DNA of 60,752 nucleotides, filler included, from Circinaria calcarea (taxonomy: Eukaryota): the NCBI GenBank assembly GCA_051942165.1. It is 7 parts of 7 records of this genome, joined end to end, with 100 filler letters (N's around TTAATTAATTAA, not from the genome) between each part and the next. Parts side by side here need not be neighbours in the genome. Positions count along the whole stretch, not along the records: positions 52,180 to 60,752 come from JAVECS010001087.1; 6 more parts are not named here. One strand, written 5' to 3'. Below, one piece after another: positions 56,721 to 60,752 of the stretch. Position 1 is the stretch's first letter, and every line of letters begins with the position of its first letter. The notes under the pieces are model-generated. The model was not told the origin of the DNA, did no database searches, and worked only from the letters and a program-made list of their open reading frames with translations. The translations under genes were made by a program, and so were the position numbers.

Positions 56721-57788
56721 TATGGCCCGAAAATCAGCTATAATTTTGGAGCAGTTGCACAAAGTTTGAGCTTATTATTGTAATGCAGAGGTTGAGGCTG
56801 CACATCATCGAGAAAGTCTGCCTTGGTATTTCTCATGTTGACTTGTGGATGCGTGGGTCTTCGTTGTCTGTCATTGTCTGTCATTGTGAAGCAGTGTAGG
56901 AATGTAGGTAGTTACGTCCCCATTTAGTACAAAGCAGTGGAGGTAGTAGTCGCTTCCTCGATACTCGACTGAAAGTACAGCTTACCTGACACCAGTTGGT
57001 GTGGCTTCCACTGATGAAGCCGTGCTGAATGGCGAGACCTCACTCATAGCGGAAGACATGAACTTCAAAGCCAGAACTGGTTCTCCCCAATCCTAATACC
57101 TATTGCGAGCGCTAGAATAGACGTAAGGAGTATGGTATGAGCCTAGGAAACCGGGGCTTATGTTATTAATCTTCCATACAGTATTCTCTGACAAGACAAT
57201 GCTTACCAAAGTAAAACATACTTCGGTGTACGATCTCTTATATCAGTGGAGTAGATTCTGATCACAACCATATGTGGCGCGAGCTTCTTATATCGAGCGA
57301 TTGGGAAGGCAGGTTACTTTCAGCCTTCTCGAGACCTGCAGTTTGTACGGCTTATCTAGGGCGTCCCGAATAGGTTTGAATAATTCACCTGTCAAGGATT
57401 TCAGTAGGTGATTGATGCCGGCCTATAAGATAAAGTGAATTAGCGCCAGCCTCGTTGAGGGCAACCATCTGTGTGTACTACAAAAAATACCCCATGGGCG
57501 GAAAAGAGCCCCGCAGTCTGGTCCGTCTCGTACTTCTATGGTGGGAAATCAGAGCCATTTGAGGGGCTTTCTTTGCGGTCAACCAATGACAAGAGCCGTC
57601 AGCCTTCTCACGACTGCGGGCCATGCAGGCCATAACCGCCGAGTGGGTGCCAAAACCAAAACAGGAGGGCGAAATGTGGGGGCAGATTGCGCAGGCAATT
57701 ACAGTTCCGAACACATTCAGCCTGGGGAGGTGTAGTGCCCATAACTTAGCTGTGATCACTGCCCGCTTATCTATGAAGCACTCCAGTC

Positions 57789-60210
57789 ATGTCAACTGTG
57801 AATGACTGTAGAGCCGCTCTCGAAGAGCAGGAGGTAGAAGAAGGGATAAGAAAAAATATCCGAGAATTCAGCGTTGGTATTGCAGTTAGCCAACCACAAT
57901 CTTCTCTGGCGGCTTGTCTGGAATCTACTACAGAAAGGGAGGAACTATAACGCTCAGGACCGTGGAGACGTTACTATGAAGATGAGGATGCTTTGCCAGT
58001 GTAAGAACGCTCCCGTTGGCGCCATCACCCTTCTCCTGCTAGTGGGAATTGATATGGTTTAACTAATACACGATATTATTGTGCCAGCAACCCAGCAGAC
58101 GCTGATATCGACGTACGATGTAAAGAGTTGGAAAGACACTGGAAGAACTATCTGCAGTCGCTTGAAAGCGAGCAAGAAGAGGAGAAAAAGAAGAAGAGCA
58201 AGTTCTGGAAGAGCGATGGCATGACAAGATGGAAAGCTATAGGCGGAGATAGGCCTGTTACGTTTGACTATATTGTAGCTACGGTATCTGACGCAGAAAA
58301 GCTATGGAAGGATAAAGATAGATTAGCCCGTGGTAAAGCGCAAAGGTTGTTCCACTCGTTCTGCAAGACTTTGAACAGTCACCAGAACTTATTTGGGATG
58401 CTCCCGAGTCAAAATTAGTACTGCTCGATATTCTGCGGAGTAATAAAAACCTTAATAAAGGTGCGTCCGATAATTCAATTGAAGAGATACCCACGTATTA
58501 TTTGTCAACACCAAGTTATCTTGATCCATTTCTTTACTGGTACACCCACCCCTTGCAGCTCTAAATTTAAAAGAGTTAAATGTCATTGCAGAATTTCCTG
58601 GTTGCCGTGACTACACACCTAGGCTAACAGTTGTGATGTGCTAGGCGTCGGTGAACCATCATAGGATTGCGGAAGGCCTGGCCAAGGCTCTAGTTGAAAT
58701 CAGCGACGAGTTGGACATTTGTGTGGATACAGTACACTTAATGGATGTTGCAGACATGCGGCAAGCCATAGGCAATCTCTACTCTCATATCTTTCACTTC
58801 CTCCAGTGTGCGATGCAATGGTTTCAAAGCAAGAGCTGGAAAAAGGTTCTGAATAGCTTTACGGAGGACTTCTATGATGTATTCGAGGATCAGATTGTCA
58901 AGATCAAGAAACTATCAAGCCGGATTCTTTCTAAGGGTGCCTTCAAATCCCAGGCGGAAGTGCGAGACCTGCGGCTATATATCATGGAAGATGCAAAACA
59001 GAAGGCCAAGGAAAAAGCAGACCATCAATCTAGAAATTCGGCTGCCATGGATCAGAAGTTTTCCGAGCTCAAAGATTTTCTAGGACAGCTCGTTGGGCAG
59101 AACATTACGGTGGCATGAATCGACGTTAGTGCAACATCCGAATTTTTTCGAATTTTTTTTTCCGGAAAACCAAAATCGCTTTTCAACTTCGCGCACGCCA
59201 GCTTCTGTCGTTCCTACCATAGTAATTACTATGGCAGCAGCGACAGCGCATGTAATTAGATAGATAGCTTAAGCTTATGCTATTGCGATAGCAATTTCTA
59301 TAACTTTCACTGCAATCATTCACTCATGCCCTGAAACGAAGAATGAGTGGAAAGGTTTAACTTCGGTGCAAGATTTTCCGAACCGAACCAAAATTTTGCG
59401 GTGTTCTCACTCTGGCCGCAAAAATCCGCCCTGGCAAATACATTAAGTGAGCTTGACCGCGAATGTGTCTACACGGAGCACTCTGTTGTCGAAAGCCTTC
59501 AAGATTGGAGTCATGGTGCAAAATCCAAAAGTCTCTGGATCCTGGGGGTATATGAAGATATATATCCATCGTCCACTTCGGCAATTGCCGCAAAGGTAAT
59601 CAATACTGCCTTGGAGTTGAAGATTCCCTTGCTTTGCTTTTTCTGCAATATACCTGAAGAAGATGAAGAGACCACGGATAATGAGGAGGATACCACCAGC
59701 AGAGAAGAAGCTACCGTTATTGATCTATTATACACTCTAATCCGTCAAGCAATCGAATTACTCCCACGTCAAATATCAACCGAAAGTCACCTGACCAAGT
59801 CTCGCTTCACGCGCCTCGATGGAACTTTTGAGACTTTTGACGAAGCTTTCGATATCCTTACAGACCTTTTATACCTAATCCCGGATACATTCCTGATCAT
59901 AATTGACGGAATAGAACAGTTGGATGATATCCACGTGGACGAAAAAGTCACGGACATCCTCGAGCTCCTACGAAAAGTCACCCTGCAAGAAAGCAGCAAA
60001 CCGAAAAAGGTGGTCAAGATTTTATATACGACTGCAGGACCCTGTGATGCACTCGAAGGACTGGATGATGATCATCTAGAGGTGGTGAAGGCCAATCCAC
60101 GGAAAGCACTACGGTCCCCAGGCCATCAGCGGAAAGGGAAGGTTATACTGCATGCAGATTTCGATAGTCGCGACGAGACGAGTGATGACGATAGTTGTGA
60201 TAGCGACTGA
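57789..60210 (+). pseudogene. NLR/NACHT-related gene (helical N-terminal domain plus degenerate P-loop), inactivated by two nonsense codons and a TE insertion
   Basis: MSTVNDC...IREFSVG...EEL*RSGPW (TAA 57948-57950); FCKTLNSHQNLFGMLPSQN*YCSIFCGVIKTLIK (TAG 58416-58418); ASVNHHRIAEGLAKAL...LYSHIFHFLQCAMQWF; TE at 59108; then LWILG...PLLCFFC...LLYTLIRQ...FLIIIDGIEQLDD...KILYTT. Confidence 0.75.
59108..59325. mobile_element. Tc1/mariner-like element fragment inserted at a TA inside the NLR-like gene (right end unclear, possibly ~59430)
   Basis: TA|CGGTGGCATGAATC... aligns with 39206-39434 and terminates ORF 58651-59118. Confidence 0.8.
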
Positions 60211-60752
60211 GGATTATCTTAGCCATCTCTAAGTTGATATGCAATGGCATTGCCTAATATTGGAACTTATGATTAGAAACTGAATACAATTCTCGACTTC
60301 GGAAAGCATTCGTCCATTGTCTCGCACACACCTGGCCGCGTACAGGGCGCTATTTGCCACCTTTCGACCTCAAAACTAATCCACCTCAGCTCCCTCTTAC
60401 AATCCCATTCAGAAGTAAAGGAAACTCCGTACTCGAACCCCTCCAGCTATCACCACAGCGAACCTCCCTACTCAACAGCCCGTAACTCTCTTACCTCTTT
60501 GACTCCGAGAAGTACTCATTCATCGCCATCGTATAGGCTATCACTTGCCAGTTTCACTTCTGGAGCCTCCAAGCCAAAAAAACACCCGGCCACAGCTTTC
60601 TCTCAGCGGCTTGCAACAAGTACAAAGCTCATTCGATTTTACAGCCGGCTCGATCCCCCCCCCCCCCCCTTGAAATCTCACGCTCTTTTCTCCCTACCCC
60701 TAACCTATCCTCAACCCTTTTCCCTAAGCCACACCAATCTCACCTCTTCAAT

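Overview
Filamentous ascomycete (Pezizomycotina-type) genomic DNA with GT-AG introns and fungal branch sites. It is not one locus. Seven unrelated contigs (8604, 8602, 8599, 8596, 8594, 8584 and 8573 bp, in strictly decreasing length) are joined by an artificial 100-bp linker (N44-TTAATTAATTAA-N44), so adjacency across linkers has no biological meaning. Contigs 2, 3, 4 and 6 are mostly housekeeping: GCN1, RPL19, a Sac1-domain phosphatase, an alpha/beta hydrolase, tRNA-Arg(UCG), sideroflexin, a flavin oxidoreductase, an Ataxin-10/Ctr86 homolog, Spo12, an acyl-CoA dehydrogenase and PEP3/VPS18. Contigs 1, 5 and 7 are accessory DNA. They carry an MFS pump, a Zn alcohol dehydrogenase, a GST, a HET-domain gene, an unknown ~800-aa protein and several pseudogenes. 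They also hold a dense set of small non-autonomous DNA transposons, which I defined from their terminal inverted repeats (TIRs) and target-site duplications (TSDs): hAT-like with an 8-bp TSD, Tc1/mariner-like with a TA TSD, Mutator-like with a 9-bp TSD, and Helitron-like ends. I see no convincing new multi-gene system. The most noteworthy signals are the MITE families, two of which recur on different contigs, and a decaying HET/NLR-like contig where these elements sit at gene breakpoints. Exon boundaries were read by eye and may be off by a few bases.
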